Shown here: one piece after another, positions 18,667 through 28,841 of the stretch | How positions within the stretch are numbered: position 1 is the stretch's first letter | Layout: each line of letters begins with the position of its first letter | Virus record (IMG/VR): IMGVR_UViG_3300047393_000100 | Strand: one strand, 5' to 3' | DNA: 64,000 nt | Source of the DNA: a virus | Taxonomy: Duplodnaviria; Heunggongvirae; Uroviricota; Caudoviricetes | Notes under the pieces: model-generated | Told to the model about the DNA's origin: nothing | Database searches by the model: none | The model's input: the letters and a program-made list of their open reading frames with translations, nothing else | Translations under genes and position numbers: made by a program

Positions 18667-19779
18667 ATGATCGATAACGCAATTTTAGATAAACCAGTAA
18701 AAAGAATATGGATTCTCGGAGACATGCATTTAGGTGTAAGGTCTAACTCCTTGGAATGGCTAGAAATGCAAAAAGATTTCTATGATAATCAATTTATTCC
18801 AACACTACTTGAAAATTATAAAAAGGGAGATATCCTAGTACAGGTTGGAGATGCATTCGACAATAGACAAAGTATTAATATTAAGGTGCTTCATTATTCA
18901 GTAGATCTTTTTGAAAGACTTGGTAATATTTTACCAGTACACATTATTTGTGGAAACCATGATATTTGGGCAAAGAAAAGTAATGATGTAAGTTCCATTG
19001 ATGCTTTAAAATGGATTCCAAATGTTCAAATCTATAAGGAACCAAAAACATTTAATTGGGGCGGTAGAGAAATCCTATTAATGCCATGGAGAAGAGATAC
19101 ACCACATGAGGTTGAAACTTTACAAGAATATCCAAAGGCTGAAATTGTATTTTGTCACTCAGAGGTTAGAGGTATTAAATTAAATAGCAAGGTAGATAAC
19201 CATCATGGTACGGATTCTGAATCTTATGATAGATTTACTGCAGTATATTCAGGACATATCCATTATAGACAACGTAGAGGAAAACTTAGAATGGTAGGTA
19301 CTCCATATGAATTAACAAGATCAGATATGGATAATATCAAAGGGTTTGATCTGGTTAATTTAGAGGACATGCAAGAAACTTTCTTTGAAAATAGCATATC
19401 TCCTAAGTTCGTTAGATTTAATTTAACACAGTTGTACAACGTGCCTCTAGGGGAGTTTAAAGAAAAGATTAGAAATAATTATGTAGATCTTTATGTTCCA
19501 TCTAATATTGCAACAACATCTGCACTCTCTAGACTTATAAATAAAATACAAAAAATAAGTAGAAAAATAGATCCAAACATATATGAACAGGATTCGTATA
19601 TCGATGGAGAAATGTATGACATGGAACAAATTGAAGATCTTTATAAGAACTATAATATTTTACATCTCTGTAATATTTATGTTGATAGTTTATCGCATGA
19701 TGAAAATACAAAGACGCAAATAAAAGATAGATTAAAGAAACTTCATGACTTTCATGCATATAATAATCAAACAGATTAA
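18667..19779 (+). CDS. gp47: Mre11/SbcD-like recombination nuclease (gp47-like)
   Basis: GDMH, GDAFD, GNHD, GHIH metal-binding motifs intact. Confidence 0.9.
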   Translation: MIDNAILDKPVKRIWILGDMHLGVRSNSLEWLEMQKDFYDNQFIPTLLENYKKGDILVQVGDAFDNRQSINIKVLHYSVDLFERLGNILPVHIICGNHDIWAKKSNDVSSIDALKWIPNVQIYKEPKTFNWGGREILLMPWRRDTPHEVETLQEYPKAEIVFCHSEVRGIKLNSKVDNHHGTDSESYDRFTAVYSGHIHYRQRRGKLRMVGTPYELTRSDMDNIKGFDLVNLEDMQETFFENSISPKFVRFNLTQLYNVPLGEFKEKIRNNYVDLYVPSNIATTSALSRLINKIQKISRKIDPNIYEQDSYIDGEMYDMEQIEDLYKNYNILHLCNIYVDSLSHDENTKTQIKDRLKKLHDFHAYNNQTD

Positions 19780-19782
19780 TTT

Positions 19783-21456
19783 ATGAAAATACAAAGCATA
19801 GAATTAAAAAACTTTGCTTCTTACGGAAATAAGATTCAAAAGATTGAGTTTGACGAGGATAAATCAGAATTATTCCTAACTCTAGGAAAAAATGGAGAAG
19901 GTAAGACTACTATTGCTAACGCGATAGTTTTTGCCTTATATGGTAAAGTCGAAGGAGTTAAGATGTCAGATTTACCAAATAGAATTAATAAAGAACTTTG
20001 GGTAAGAATTAAACTGCAATGTAAATCAACCAATGTTATTATTGAAAGAGGATTAGCTCCAGGAATTTTTAAAGTTCTATTAAATGGTGTTGAATTTGAT
20101 AAGGCAGGAAAGAAATCAGTACAAGATTATTTAGAAGAGGAAATATTTGGTATACCATACCATGTATTTAAAAATATTATTATTCTATCAGTTAATGATT
20201 TTAAGTCTTTCTTGACAATGAGCAGTAATGATAAAAGACAAATTATTGATAAGATGTTTGGTTTCTCGATTATTAATGAAATGCAAACCGCTATCAAAGA
20301 TGAGAGAAGATCACTAAAAGGAGACATTGATTCATTTACTAGAGAACTTAGTCAAATTAATGAAAATGTAGAATCGGTTAGAGAGAAATTAGAATTATTA
20401 ATGGTTGAAAGTCAAGAAAAGGACAAGCAAAAAATACAAGAACTTAAAGATTCTCTTATTAAATATGATGATAATAAAAAGAAACTTGAAGATGCTCAAT
20501 TAAAAATTACAGAAAATCTTGGAAATTTTGTAACAGATCTACACGTTAAACAATCAAATGAATCTGAATTAAAATATAAACTAGCAGAACTTAAAAAGAA
20601 ACTAGAACTTTATGAAAATAATACATGTCCTACATGTGAAAGTACATTAAGTGGAGATTTTCATATTGAAAGAAAGGGTGAAATTGAAAATGAATTACAT
20701 ACAATTCCTGAGAGATTAATTGATGTTACAAAATCAGTGGAGTTAGTTAAAGACTCTATCATTGATTTAAGAACAAAGGATAGGGCAGTTAGGGATAAAG
20801 TATCTACATTAAATACAAATATAAGAAATTTTAAAAATGAACTATTAAGAATTAAAGATGCAATTCAAGGTACTGCAGATTTTTCACATCTTGAACAAAT
20901 TATAAAAGATTTTGAAATTCAAGAAAAACAAAAGGAAATTTCTAAAGATGAAAAGTCAAATGAATATGTATTTTTAGAAATGATAGAAGAAGTTCTTGGA
21001 GAAGATGGTGTTAAAAACCTCGCTATTAAAACTATTCTACCTGGATTAAACGCAAATATTGCAGCAATGGTTCAAACTATGCACCTTCATTTTCATATCC
21101 GTTTCGATGAGAAATTTAATTGCATTATTAATCACCTAGGAGAGGAAATCAATCCAATGACTCTTTCGACAGGAGAACGTAAGAAGGCAGATTTTATTAT
21201 TATTATTGCAATCATTAAAATTCTTAAACTAAGATTTCCACAATTAAATTTATTATTCTTGGATGAGCTATTAAGTTCAGTTGATGCAGATGGAATCCAT
21301 AACATCTTAAAGATATTGAGCCAGGTTATAAAAGAGAGCAAGATAAATACATTTGTAATTAATCACACACCATTGCCAAGAGAAATCTTCGACGCAGAGG
21401 TACAAATTTACAGAGAGAATGGATTTTCCAAATTTGATGTAATAAAAATAGATTAA
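19783..21456 (+). CDS. gp46: Rad50/SbcC-like ATPase (gp46-like)
   Basis: GKNGEGKT, coiled coil with CPTC hook, LSTGE, FLDE. Confidence 0.92.
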   Translation: MKIQSIELKNFASYGNKIQKIEFDEDKSELFLTLGKNGEGKTTIANAIVFALYGKVEGVKMSDLPNRINKELWVRIKLQCKSTNVIIERGLAPGIFKVLLNGVEFDKAGKKSVQDYLEEEIFGIPYHVFKNIIILSVNDFKSFLTMSSNDKRQIIDKMFGFSIINEMQTAIKDERRSLKGDIDSFTRELSQINENVESVREKLELLMVESQEKDKQKIQELKDSLIKYDDNKKKLEDAQLKITENLGNFVTDLHVKQSNESELKYKLAELKKKLELYENNTCPTCESTLSGDFHIERKGEIENELHTIPERLIDVTKSVELVKDSIIDLRTKDRAVRDKVSTLNTNIRNFKNELLRIKDAIQGTADFSHLEQIIKDFEIQEKQKEISKDEKSNEYVFLEMIEEVLGEDGVKNLAIKTILPGLNANIAAMVQTMHLHFHIRFDEKFNCIINHLGEEINPMTLSTGERKKADFIIIIAIIKILKLRFPQLNLLFLDELLSSVDADGIHNILKILSQVIKESKINTFVINHTPLPREIFDAEVQIYRENGFSKFDVIKID

Positions 21457-21465
21457 GATATATAC
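21457..21465 (+). promoter_or_regulatory. Putative late promoter GATATATAC
   Basis: Variant of GATATATAA; very close to the start codon. Confidence 0.5.
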
Positions 21466-21468
21466 TAA

Positions 21469-22278
21469 ATGGCATCATATAACTTAAAATTTAATTCAGA
21501 TGATAGTGTAATAAGACACTTAATCATTGGATTTCTTGCAGACTTAAATAACAAGGTATATTTCCACAGACAACTTTCAAACAATGAAAGAGTTATAGTG
21601 GATGTTCCTTTTTATTACTCAATATCAGGGGACGATCAATTTCTAAGAGATCAGTTTTTATTTTCTACAGCAAGTGGACCTGATTGTTCACCCGATAAAG
21701 GATTTGCAGATGGAAATTATGATTCAATTCCACGAGGAGTTGCTAATTTAACTTCAATGTCAATCGATTCGGGAAAACTAGTTAATAAAAGAACAACTGG
21801 AAATTATACCAAAATGAATACTGAAGGCGCAATGGAAGGATATACTGCCGAATTCGATATGATTCCAATTACAATGGGATTCGATATTGAAATTTTAGTA
21901 TCTTCTACATTAGATTCATTTAAAATAACGGAATCAATTATTAAAAGACTTTATAAGTCAAATTATTTTAATGTTGAAGTTGGACATTTAAATGAAGGTA
22001 CATATAGAATAGCATCATATTATGCATTTCCGGAGGATTACACTCAAGAAAGACCAATTGATTATACATTCGAAGACAAGGACCAATATAAAATAACATT
22101 TGCAATTGAGGTAAACTCATTTATACCTGCATTTGCATGGGGTAATGAAGCAGGAGTTGGTACTACTGAACGACATGTTGCAAATCGAATGTTTAGTATA
22201 CAAAGTAATGCTATTAATACTAATGCTAATCAATATAATATCAGAAACATTGATGAAACCGATATTGATAATAGATAA
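21469..22278 (+). CDS. gp15: Tail completion / sheath-stabilising protein (gp15-like)
   Basis: R.LII.F..L...V...VPFYY, IPRG, PITMGFDIEIL pattern of the gp15 family. Confidence 0.65.
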   Translation: MASYNLKFNSDDSVIRHLIIGFLADLNNKVYFHRQLSNNERVIVDVPFYYSISGDDQFLRDQFLFSTASGPDCSPDKGFADGNYDSIPRGVANLTSMSIDSGKLVNKRTTGNYTKMNTEGAMEGYTAEFDMIPITMGFDIEILVSSTLDSFKITESIIKRLYKSNYFNVEVGHLNEGTYRIASYYAFPEDYTQERPIDYTFEDKDQYKITFAIEVNSFIPAFAWGNEAGVGTTERHVANRMFSIQSNAINTNANQYNIRNIDETDIDNR

Positions 22279-22294
22279 CGCTATCAAAATAAAG

Positions 22295-22303
22295 GATATA
22301 TAA
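22295..22303 (+). promoter_or_regulatory. Putative late promoter GATATATAA
   Basis: Recurrent motif. Confidence 0.6.
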
Positions 22304-22325
22304 TAAAAGAAATAAATTAAATAAT

Positions 22326-23087
22326 ATGACAACTAACATTCTTGCACCATTCGCGAAAGTAGAAGAGTCTTTTCAATTTTATGTAAATGGAAGAGTCTTT
22401 GAAATGAATAACAATGAAATTAAGGAAGTTGAAGTTTTAACTAACTCAACACTAATCAATGCTATTAAAGCATTTGAATCTTTTGAATTTTCTAATGATT
22501 CTATCAAATGGTTCCATGGACCAAGTAAATTTATTTACAATTTAACAGAAAGTAGATTCCAACATAACAATATGTTAATCGAAGGAAACACATTTTCAAA
22601 TCATGTTCTAGCATCAGGATTAGTAAGATATAATGAAAAAGCAAAAGCTGATTTATTTGAATCTATTCCATCATTACTTGAAAATTTTGTAAATCTAGAT
22701 TTTGCTGCATCATTCAAAGGAAATAATATCAATGTAGATTTATTCAAAATCGAAGAATCTATATTTGTAGCACGTCTTAACAATGAAACAAGAATTTCTA
22801 AATTCTTTAAAGTTGCAAACGCTAATGAAGCATTAGAATATGTAACTAATGAAACTGGAGAATCTGCACACTCTTTCTTAAAATCTTTATTAGAAGGAGA
22901 AGAAGCCGGTATCGCTGAAAAACAAGAAAAAATTGAAACGTATGAATCAATGATTGCTTTCTTAAAAGACCAAAAGGGTTTATTATCTGAATCAGACAGA
23001 AACGACGAGATAATCAAAGAAGCTGAAGGTTTAATTAATACTGAAATCAAAGAATGGGAATCTAAAATTGCAGATTTAAATGCATAA
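22326..23087 (+). CDS. Hypothetical late protein
   Basis: Long ORF with phage-like codon usage, late promoter. Confidence 0.75.
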   Translation: MTTNILAPFAKVEESFQFYVNGRVFEMNNNEIKEVEVLTNSTLINAIKAFESFEFSNDSIKWFHGPSKFIYNLTESRFQHNNMLIEGNTFSNHVLASGLVRYNEKAKADLFESIPSLLENFVNLDFAASFKGNNINVDLFKIEESIFVARLNNETRISKFFKVANANEALEYVTNETGESAHSFLKSLLEGEEAGIAEKQEKIETYESMIAFLKDQKGLLSESDRNDEIIKEAEGLINTEIKEWESKIADLNA

Positions 23088-23107
23088 TATTTTACCAAAT
23101 TAAATTA

Positions 23108-23135
23108 AAAAGGGTCGCATTGCGTCCCTTTTTTT
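23108..23135 (+). terminator. Rho-independent terminator
   Basis: AAAGGG.CGC-ATT-GCG.CCCTTT then T tract. Confidence 0.75.
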
Positions 23136-23163
23136 ATGCCCTATGTCTATCCTGTATTAATAA

Positions 23164-23192
23164 TGAAACAAACCGTTCATTTCTTATATAAT
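23164..23192 (+). promoter_or_regulatory. Putative middle promoter TGAAAC-N17-TATAAT
   Basis: Exact consensus upstream of the gp55-like late sigma. Confidence 0.7.
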
Positions 23193-23216
23193 TTCTAACA
23201 ATTAAACAAATTAAAA

Positions 23217-23591
23217 GTGGCTAAAACTAAAAACTATTTAAACAATAAGGATTTGCATACGGCAATGTCTGAATCTAAGGATTTAGGAGAATTGACCCCT
23301 ATTGCACAGAACATGTTAATATTACTAGCTGAACGTGCCATTAATAAAATGTCATATGTCAATGGCGATGATAGACAAGATTGCTTACAGTTCGCAATAT
23401 TAGATTTATTAAAGTATTGGAGAAATTTTAATCCAGATTATCCAAATGCATTTGCGTATTTTACAGAGATTGCAAAAAGAGGATATGCAAAGGGATGGAA
23501 TAAAATTCATCCATTAAAATATAAAGGAACTATTTCAATTGATAGTACATCTTCGAGCGGAGAAGATGGTAGTGGAATTTATACAATATAA
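23217..23591 (+). CDS. gp55: Late-transcription sigma factor (gp55-like), GTG start
   Basis: NYLNNKDL, NFNPD..NAFAYFTEI typical of gp55. Confidence 0.75.
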   Translation: MAKTKNYLNNKDLHTAMSESKDLGELTPIAQNMLILLAERAINKMSYVNGDDRQDCLQFAILDLLKYWRNFNPDYPNAFAYFTEIAKRGYAKGWNKIHPLKYKGTISIDSTSSSGEDGSGIYTI

Positions 23592-24079
23592 TGTCAATTA
23601 AAAACATCAAACCAACAAAAAACTCAGGATTTAATCAAGGTTATTTTAACCCAAAGAATCCTGAAAAATATGCAGGACCATCTCCTATTATATATAGAAG
23701 CTCCTGGGAATATAAGTTTATGATATGGTGTGATATTAATGACAAGGTTTTAGTGTGGTCAAGTGAACCTGTTGAAATCAAGTATTGGTCTAGACAGGGA
23801 GATAAGCAACGAAAGTATTACCCTGATTTTTATTTTAAAATATTAAAACAGGATGGAAGTACTGAAGAATTTCTAGCTGAAATAAAACCAAAGGCTCAAA
23901 TACAAAAGCCTCAAATTCCAACAAAAATGTCTAAAAAGGCAATTGAATCCTACAAGTTTCTTGCAGAACAATATGTAAAAAATATGGATAAATATAATGC
24001 AGCTAAGCAATATGCGGTTGAAAGGAACTGGAAATTCATAGTTCTTACAGAAGATACTATTAAAAATGGGTTACGTTAA
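23591..24079 (+). CDS. gp4: Head completion nuclease (gp4-like)
   Basis: NPEKY, YRSSWE, WSSEP, YYPDF, EIKP. Confidence 0.85.
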   Translation: MSIKNIKPTKNSGFNQGYFNPKNPEKYAGPSPIIYRSSWEYKFMIWCDINDKVLVWSSEPVEIKYWSRQGDKQRKYYPDFYFKILKQDGSTEEFLAEIKPKAQIQKPQIPTKMSKKAIESYKFLAEQYVKNMDKYNAAKQYAVERNWKFIVLTEDTIKNGLR

Positions 24080-24665
24080 AAAAAGAATAAATGAACTTTC
24101 AAAAGAACATGGAGGAAAGATAAAGGCCTCCAATTTTTGTGAGGAATGGTTTAATGATTCTCTCAAGGATAGAAAGGTAACAGAGGCACAAATTACAAGA
24201 ACCAGATTTCAGGCAGGAAAGATTTATGTATTTGGATATATGCCAAAATATAAAGATGAACTTCCATGGTTTGATCAGAATCCAGTTGTCCTTGCAATAG
24301 AACAGGTTGCCGGAAATGATTTTGGAGTTAATTTAAATTTATTACCAGTTCCAGTGAAAGAACAATTATTAGATGATTTATATGCAAGATTAGGTGGATC
24401 TATGAATGTGACCTCTAACGAAAAATCAAATCCGTTAAAGGAAAGACCTTTAAGAATAACATATCAAGGAATGAAAACTTATTTGGAAAAGCATGGATGT
24501 GATTTTGCGTTAAGACAATATATACCATCTAGAAAAATAAATCAGGCAGTTGTAAGTTATTCTAAATGGCCTGAAATTGCATTATGTAATTTTATGGAAT
24601 TAAATGGCACAAATTATATGCAAATAAGAATTCAATTCAGGGACTATTTTAAAAAGAATATATAA
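24066..24665 (+). CDS. gp2: DNA end protector (gp2-like)
   Basis: G.IY.F.Y.PK.K.ELP.FD..P, FGVNLNLLP. Confidence 0.75.
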   Translation: MGYVKKRINELSKEHGGKIKASNFCEEWFNDSLKDRKVTEAQITRTRFQAGKIYVFGYMPKYKDELPWFDQNPVVLAIEQVAGNDFGVNLNLLPVPVKEQLLDDLYARLGGSMNVTSNEKSNPLKERPLRITYQGMKTYLEKHGCDFALRQYIPSRKINQAVVSYSKWPEIALCNFMELNGTNYMQIRIQFRDYFKKNI

Positions 24666-24687
24666 CTAAAATTAATATTATAATATA

Positions 24688-26286
24688 ATGGCAGGATTCG
24701 TACAAAGAAATGGACCATTGAGTACAAACAAAATACCATTCAAACTTAGTGATACATTAAAGAAGTTATCTTCGTTTGGAATGTACTATGACGATTTGGT
24801 ACTTAGGCAATCACAAGCGATTGGACCAGTCGAGGATCAATTTGGATATGGTGGAATGAATCCACTGGGATTAGACAGCGATGATATGTATGGCGCGTTT
24901 GCGGCTCTTTCAATGGCCGATACTACTATGCGTAAAAACATTCCATTTTTTGACCAAAATTATAAAGGTAAAAGAGAGGAACTTAGAAAATTTTCACAGC
25001 ATGACGAAATCGAAGATATCCTAGATATTCTTTGTGATGAAACAATTGTATTTGATAATAAAAACTTTATAGCCAATCCTGAAATTATCGGAATGGAAGT
25101 TTCAGAAGAGGTACAAAAATATCTTAATAAAGCATATAGAGATATTTATCAATATTTTGGATTTGCAGCAGACCAATCTTCTTGGTATTTCTTTAGAAAA
25201 TGGTTAATTGATGGTTATCTTTCATTTGAGATTATTTATAATCCAGAGATGTCAGAAATTATTGGTTTCAAAGAAATTGATCCAATAACATTAGTTCCAG
25301 GTTATAACCATGAAGATGGTAAAAAAGTATGGATTCAGTTTAAAGACGATCCTATGAAAGAGAGAAAATTATATGATTCTCAAATTATATACATTTCCTA
25401 CTCTTCAATTACTACAGCATCAAGAGTATCATATCTTGAAAGACTTGTAAGATCATTTAACTTAATGAGAATTATGGAACATACCAGAGTTATTTGGGCT
25501 GTTACAAATTCATCTTACAGAATGAAATTTATTATTCCAGTTGGAGGTAAATCAAAAACAAGAGCAAAACAATCTCTTTCTCAATTAATGGGTAACTATA
25601 AAGAGGTCGTAGATTTTGATTGGGACAGTGCATCTCTGACAACTAATGGAAAACCTATGTTACAATTTAACAAGGAATATTGGTTACCTAGCAAAGACGG
25701 AGAGCAACCTGAGATTGAAACATTAGGAGGCGAAGGACCTGAATTAAGCGACACAGAATCTTTAAAATATTTCTCAGATAAACTTAAAGCAGTTTCTAAA
25801 ATTCCATACTCTAGATTTATGTATGAAGATGGAGGTGGTGATTTTGCAATGGAAGCAGACGGAATGATTAGAGACGAAATCAAATTTGCTAAATTCATTA
25901 ATAGATTACGTAGTTCATTCCAGGAAATATTAGTTAAACCATTATGGTTACAAATGTGTCTTAAATATCCTGAATTTAAAGATGACCCAGGATTTAAAAC
26001 TCAAATCGCACTAAGATATAATGAGGAAAACATGTTTGCTGAATTAAAGCAAATGGAAATCATGAGTAAAAGACTTGATTTTATTGGAACCATGAAAGAT
26101 TCTCTTGTTAAGACTGACCCAATTACGATGGAAGAAACACCATACTTTGATATGGAATTCTTAGTCGATAGATATTTAAAACTATCACCAGACGATAAGG
26201 CAGCAAATGAAGCTTATAAATCAAGAACTGCGGCAGCAAAGGCTGCAGAACCTGAAGAAGAGAATCCAATGATGATGGGAATGTAA
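24688..26286 (+). CDS. gp20: Portal protein (gp20-like)
   Basis: FRKWLIDG, SYLER, RVIWA, EYWLP, IETLGG, IPYSR, RDEIKFAKFINRLR; preceded by GAATATATAA at 24656. Confidence 0.92.
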   Translation: MAGFVQRNGPLSTNKIPFKLSDTLKKLSSFGMYYDDLVLRQSQAIGPVEDQFGYGGMNPLGLDSDDMYGAFAALSMADTTMRKNIPFFDQNYKGKREELRKFSQHDEIEDILDILCDETIVFDNKNFIANPEIIGMEVSEEVQKYLNKAYRDIYQYFGFAADQSSWYFFRKWLIDGYLSFEIIYNPEMSEIIGFKEIDPITLVPGYNHEDGKKVWIQFKDDPMKERKLYDSQIIYISYSSITTASRVSYLERLVRSFNLMRIMEHTRVIWAVTNSSYRMKFIIPVGGKSKTRAKQSLSQLMGNYKEVVDFDWDSASLTTNGKPMLQFNKEYWLPSKDGEQPEIETLGGEGPELSDTESLKYFSDKLKAVSKIPYSRFMYEDGGGDFAMEADGMIRDEIKFAKFINRLRSSFQEILVKPLWLQMCLKYPEFKDDPGFKTQIALRYNEENMFAELKQMEIMSKRLDFIGTMKDSLVKTDPITMEETPYFDMEFLVDRYLKLSPDDKAANEAYKSRTAAAKAAEPEEENPMMMGM

Positions 26287-26308
26287 TTAAAAATAAAAAT
26301 AAATTAAT

Positions 26309-26659
26309 ATGAAAATAATTAAAACATTTGAAGAATTTACAAGTTCATTGCAGGAAGATGCTATTGATGCTGGGGAAGATTCAAAGGTAGTAGTTGATGA
26401 TGTATCATTAGATTCAGGTAAAGAAATTAAATCTACTGAAATCTTAGGAGCTATATTATCTTCTAAAACTGAAAAAGAATTTAAAGAATATTTCTATGAT
26501 AATTATGGAAATGGTGCTTTTACTGAAGAAGATCTTTTTACTTTAACTAAATTCTATACCGATTACCAAGAGGAAATCAATACTAAAGAAAAGGAAGAAG
26601 AAAAAGATAAAAAAGAAAAAGAAGGTGGAGAGACAGAAGACCCACTAGCTGGACTATAA
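26309..26659 (+). CDS. Small acidic prohead core / internal protein
   Basis: MKIIKTFEEF...LQE; between portal and protease, where T4 has gp67/68. Confidence 0.6.
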   Translation: MKIIKTFEEFTSSLQEDAIDAGEDSKVVVDDVSLDSGKEIKSTEILGAILSSKTEKEFKEYFYDNYGNGAFTEEDLFTLTKFYTDYQEEINTKEKEEEKDKKEKEGGETEDPLAGL

Positions 26660-26685
26660 CTTTAATTTTTTTACTAAATTAAAGT

Positions 26686-26694
26686 GATATATAA
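26686..26694 (+). promoter_or_regulatory. Putative late promoter GATATATAA
   Basis: Upstream of the prohead protease. Confidence 0.65.
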
Positions 26695-26718
26695 TAGAAA
26701 TATAATAAAATAATAATT

Positions 26719-28671
26719 ATGACTAAAAACTTACTGATCCTAGAAAGATCATCTACGGAGTTAGAGTTTAAGCAAGATGGTGGAACCTATGTTCTAGAAG
26801 GTATCTTTGGAGAAATCGATAAGAAAAATCGTAATAACCGAATTTATACAGAAGATGAGTATCTTCCACAAATTGAAGCTCTACAGGCAAAAATTAAATC
26901 TTCAAAATTATTAGGTGAATTAGATCACCCAAGTAACTTTGATGTTTCGCTTAAAAATGTTTCGCATATCATTGAAGAACTTACTTATGATAAAGAGACT
27001 AAACAAGTTAAAGGACGTATCAGATTATTAGATACAGATGCAGGAAGACAAGCTAAAGCTTTAGTAGACGCTGGAGTTCCATTACAAATTTCAAGTAGAG
27101 CTGCTGGTGCGGTTGAATCTAATGGAACTGTAAAAATCAAACAATTATTTACTTATGATTTAGTAGCGGATCCAGGATTCGAAAATGCTGAATTAAAAAG
27201 AGTTAATGAATCTTATGGATTTATTAATGAAGGAAATGACCTATTTATTTACGAGATAAATAATACAAATGAAAAACAAACAATCGAAAATATAAACGAA
27301 ACAAAAATGGCAGAGTCAAAATTCATTACGACCGAGGATTTTAACAAGTACTCTAAATATCTTTCTGAAGAAATTAAATCTATTAAAGAAGGTATGAATT
27401 CTTTAACAGAATCAGAGTCAAACAGTTCTCAATTAGAATCATTAAAAGAATACACAGATTATTTAGCTAAGAAATTAGATGAATCAATTGCATATTCAGA
27501 ACATGTTGCTGAAAAGACAGACCAAGGTATTGCATATACTGAAAGTCTTGCTGAGAAATTAGATCAGGGTATTCAATATTCAGAACACATTGCAGAAAGC
27601 GTTGAAGCTATTAAAAATTACACAAATTATTTAGCAGAATCATATAATGAAGGTTCAACTTCTTATGATAACTTAATCAAATATACTGAATATTTAAGAG
27701 AGAACTTAGAGAAAGTTACTGAATACGCAGAGTATGTTGCAGAAACAGTTAACTCTAACTTATTATTGGAAGATGAAGCAGGAATTCCAGCTGAAGATAT
27801 TAAAGACGAAACAGAAGATGTTTCTCCTGAAGTAATCGATGCAGATGGTAATAAATATGATGCTGAAGAAGTTGAAGATAAAGAAGGTGACTTAGAACTT
27901 AAAGGTGAAGGTGATGCTGCAGGTGAAGAAATCAAAGAAGCAAATGATGGTACTGAGGCGGGAATTCCAGCTGAAGATATTAAAGACGAAACTAAAGATG
28001 TTTCTCCAGAAGTGGTAGATGCTGATGGTAAAACTTATGATGCAGAAGAAGTTGAAGATAAAGAAGGTGACTTAGAACTTAAAGGTGAAGGTGATGCTGC
28101 AGGTGAAGAAATCAAAGAAGCTGCGATTGAAGAAGTTGATGCAATGGAAGCTTACAAAAATTCAATCACTTCTAAATTAGAAGCATTAGTTGAAAAGGTA
28201 AATGCTAAGAAAAATGAAGGACCAACGTTCTTTAAATTTATTTCTGAAGAGAAAGTAAATGAATTTAATGCATTAACTGCAGAAGAAAAATCATTAGTTG
28301 TAAACGCAGTTGAAGGTAAAGGTTATTTAACAGAAGGACAAATATTAGGATTATGGGCTAACTCATTAATGGGAGCAGTACAGGTTAATAACGCACCTGT
28401 GGTTATTTCAATGATGCCAGCGGAATACCATGGAACTTGGGCTAAATTATCTGAAGCTAAGAAAAATCAAATCATGGCACAATCTAAAATGGTTAAGTTA
28501 GAAACTTCTTACCAAGTTGCAAACTTTTGGCAAACAAGAGATCTTAGAGAAACTGCACCTGTAATGGAAAAAATCACAATGATTAATGAAGCAGCTCCAG
28601 TAGAAGTTAAAACCATTGGGTATGATACAACAGGAATTGCAGCAGAAATTGCAAAAAGATTTAAAAAGTAA
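26719..28671 (+). CDS. gp21: Prohead protease (gp21-like) fused to an acidic scaffold (gp22-like) region
   Basis: NRNNRIY, LGELDHP, VSH, ISSRAAG, YDLVADPG; long acidic C-terminal part with a possible internal start at 27307. Confidence 0.85.
   Translation: MTKNLLILERSSTELEFKQDGGTYVLEGIFGEIDKKNRNNRIYTEDEYLPQIEALQAKIKSSKLLGELDHPSNFDVSLKNVSHIIEELTYDKETKQVKGRIRLLDTDAGRQAKALVDAGVPLQISSRAAGAVESNGTVKIKQLFTYDLVADPGFENAELKRVNESYGFINEGNDLFIYEINNTNEKQTIENINETKMAESKFITTEDFNKYSKYLSEEIKSIKEGMNSLTESESNSSQLESLKEYTDYLAKKLDESIAYSEHVAEKTDQGIAYTESLAEKLDQGIQYSEHIAESVEAIKNYTNYLAESYNEGSTSYDNLIKYTEYLRENLEKVTEYAEYVAETVNSNLLLEDEAGIPAEDIKDETEDVSPEVIDADGNKYDAEEVEDKEGDLELKGEGDAAGEEIKEANDGTEAGIPAEDIKDETKDVSPEVVDADGKTYDAEEVEDKEGDLELKGEGDAAGEEIKEAAIEEVDAMEAYKNSITSKLEALVEKVNAKKNEGPTFFKFISEEKVNEFNALTAEEKSLVVNAVEGKGYLTEGQILGLWANSLMGAVQVNNAPVVISMMPAEYHGTWAKLSEAKKNQIMAQSKMVKLETSYQVANFWQTRDLRETAPVMEKITMINEAAPVEVKTIGYDTTGIAAEIAKRFKK
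27775..28121 (+). repeat. 180-bp (60-aa) tandem duplication in the scaffold region
   Basis: GGAATTCCAGCTGAAGATATTAAAGACGAAAC at 27781 and 27961; 3' halves identical. Confidence 0.95.
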
Positions 28672-28720
28672 TAAAAAATCCTAATTTTTTGATTTTTTAA
28701 AAAAAGTCACAAATAATAAG

Positions 28721-28729
28721 GATATATAA
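28721..28729 (+). promoter_or_regulatory. Putative late promoter GATATATAA
   Basis: Upstream of the major capsid gene. Confidence 0.7.
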
Positions 28730-28841
28730 TAATATTAAAACATATTCGATCTTTAGTTAAGAAGCAAAAAACTGAAATTATATCGAAAACTCGTAAAATA
28801 CGAAAACAATAAAAACCATTAAAAAAATAAATTAAACAAAA

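Noticed and set aside
27775-28121. Mobile element or CRISPR-like repeat
   Set aside because: In-frame coding duplication within the scaffold
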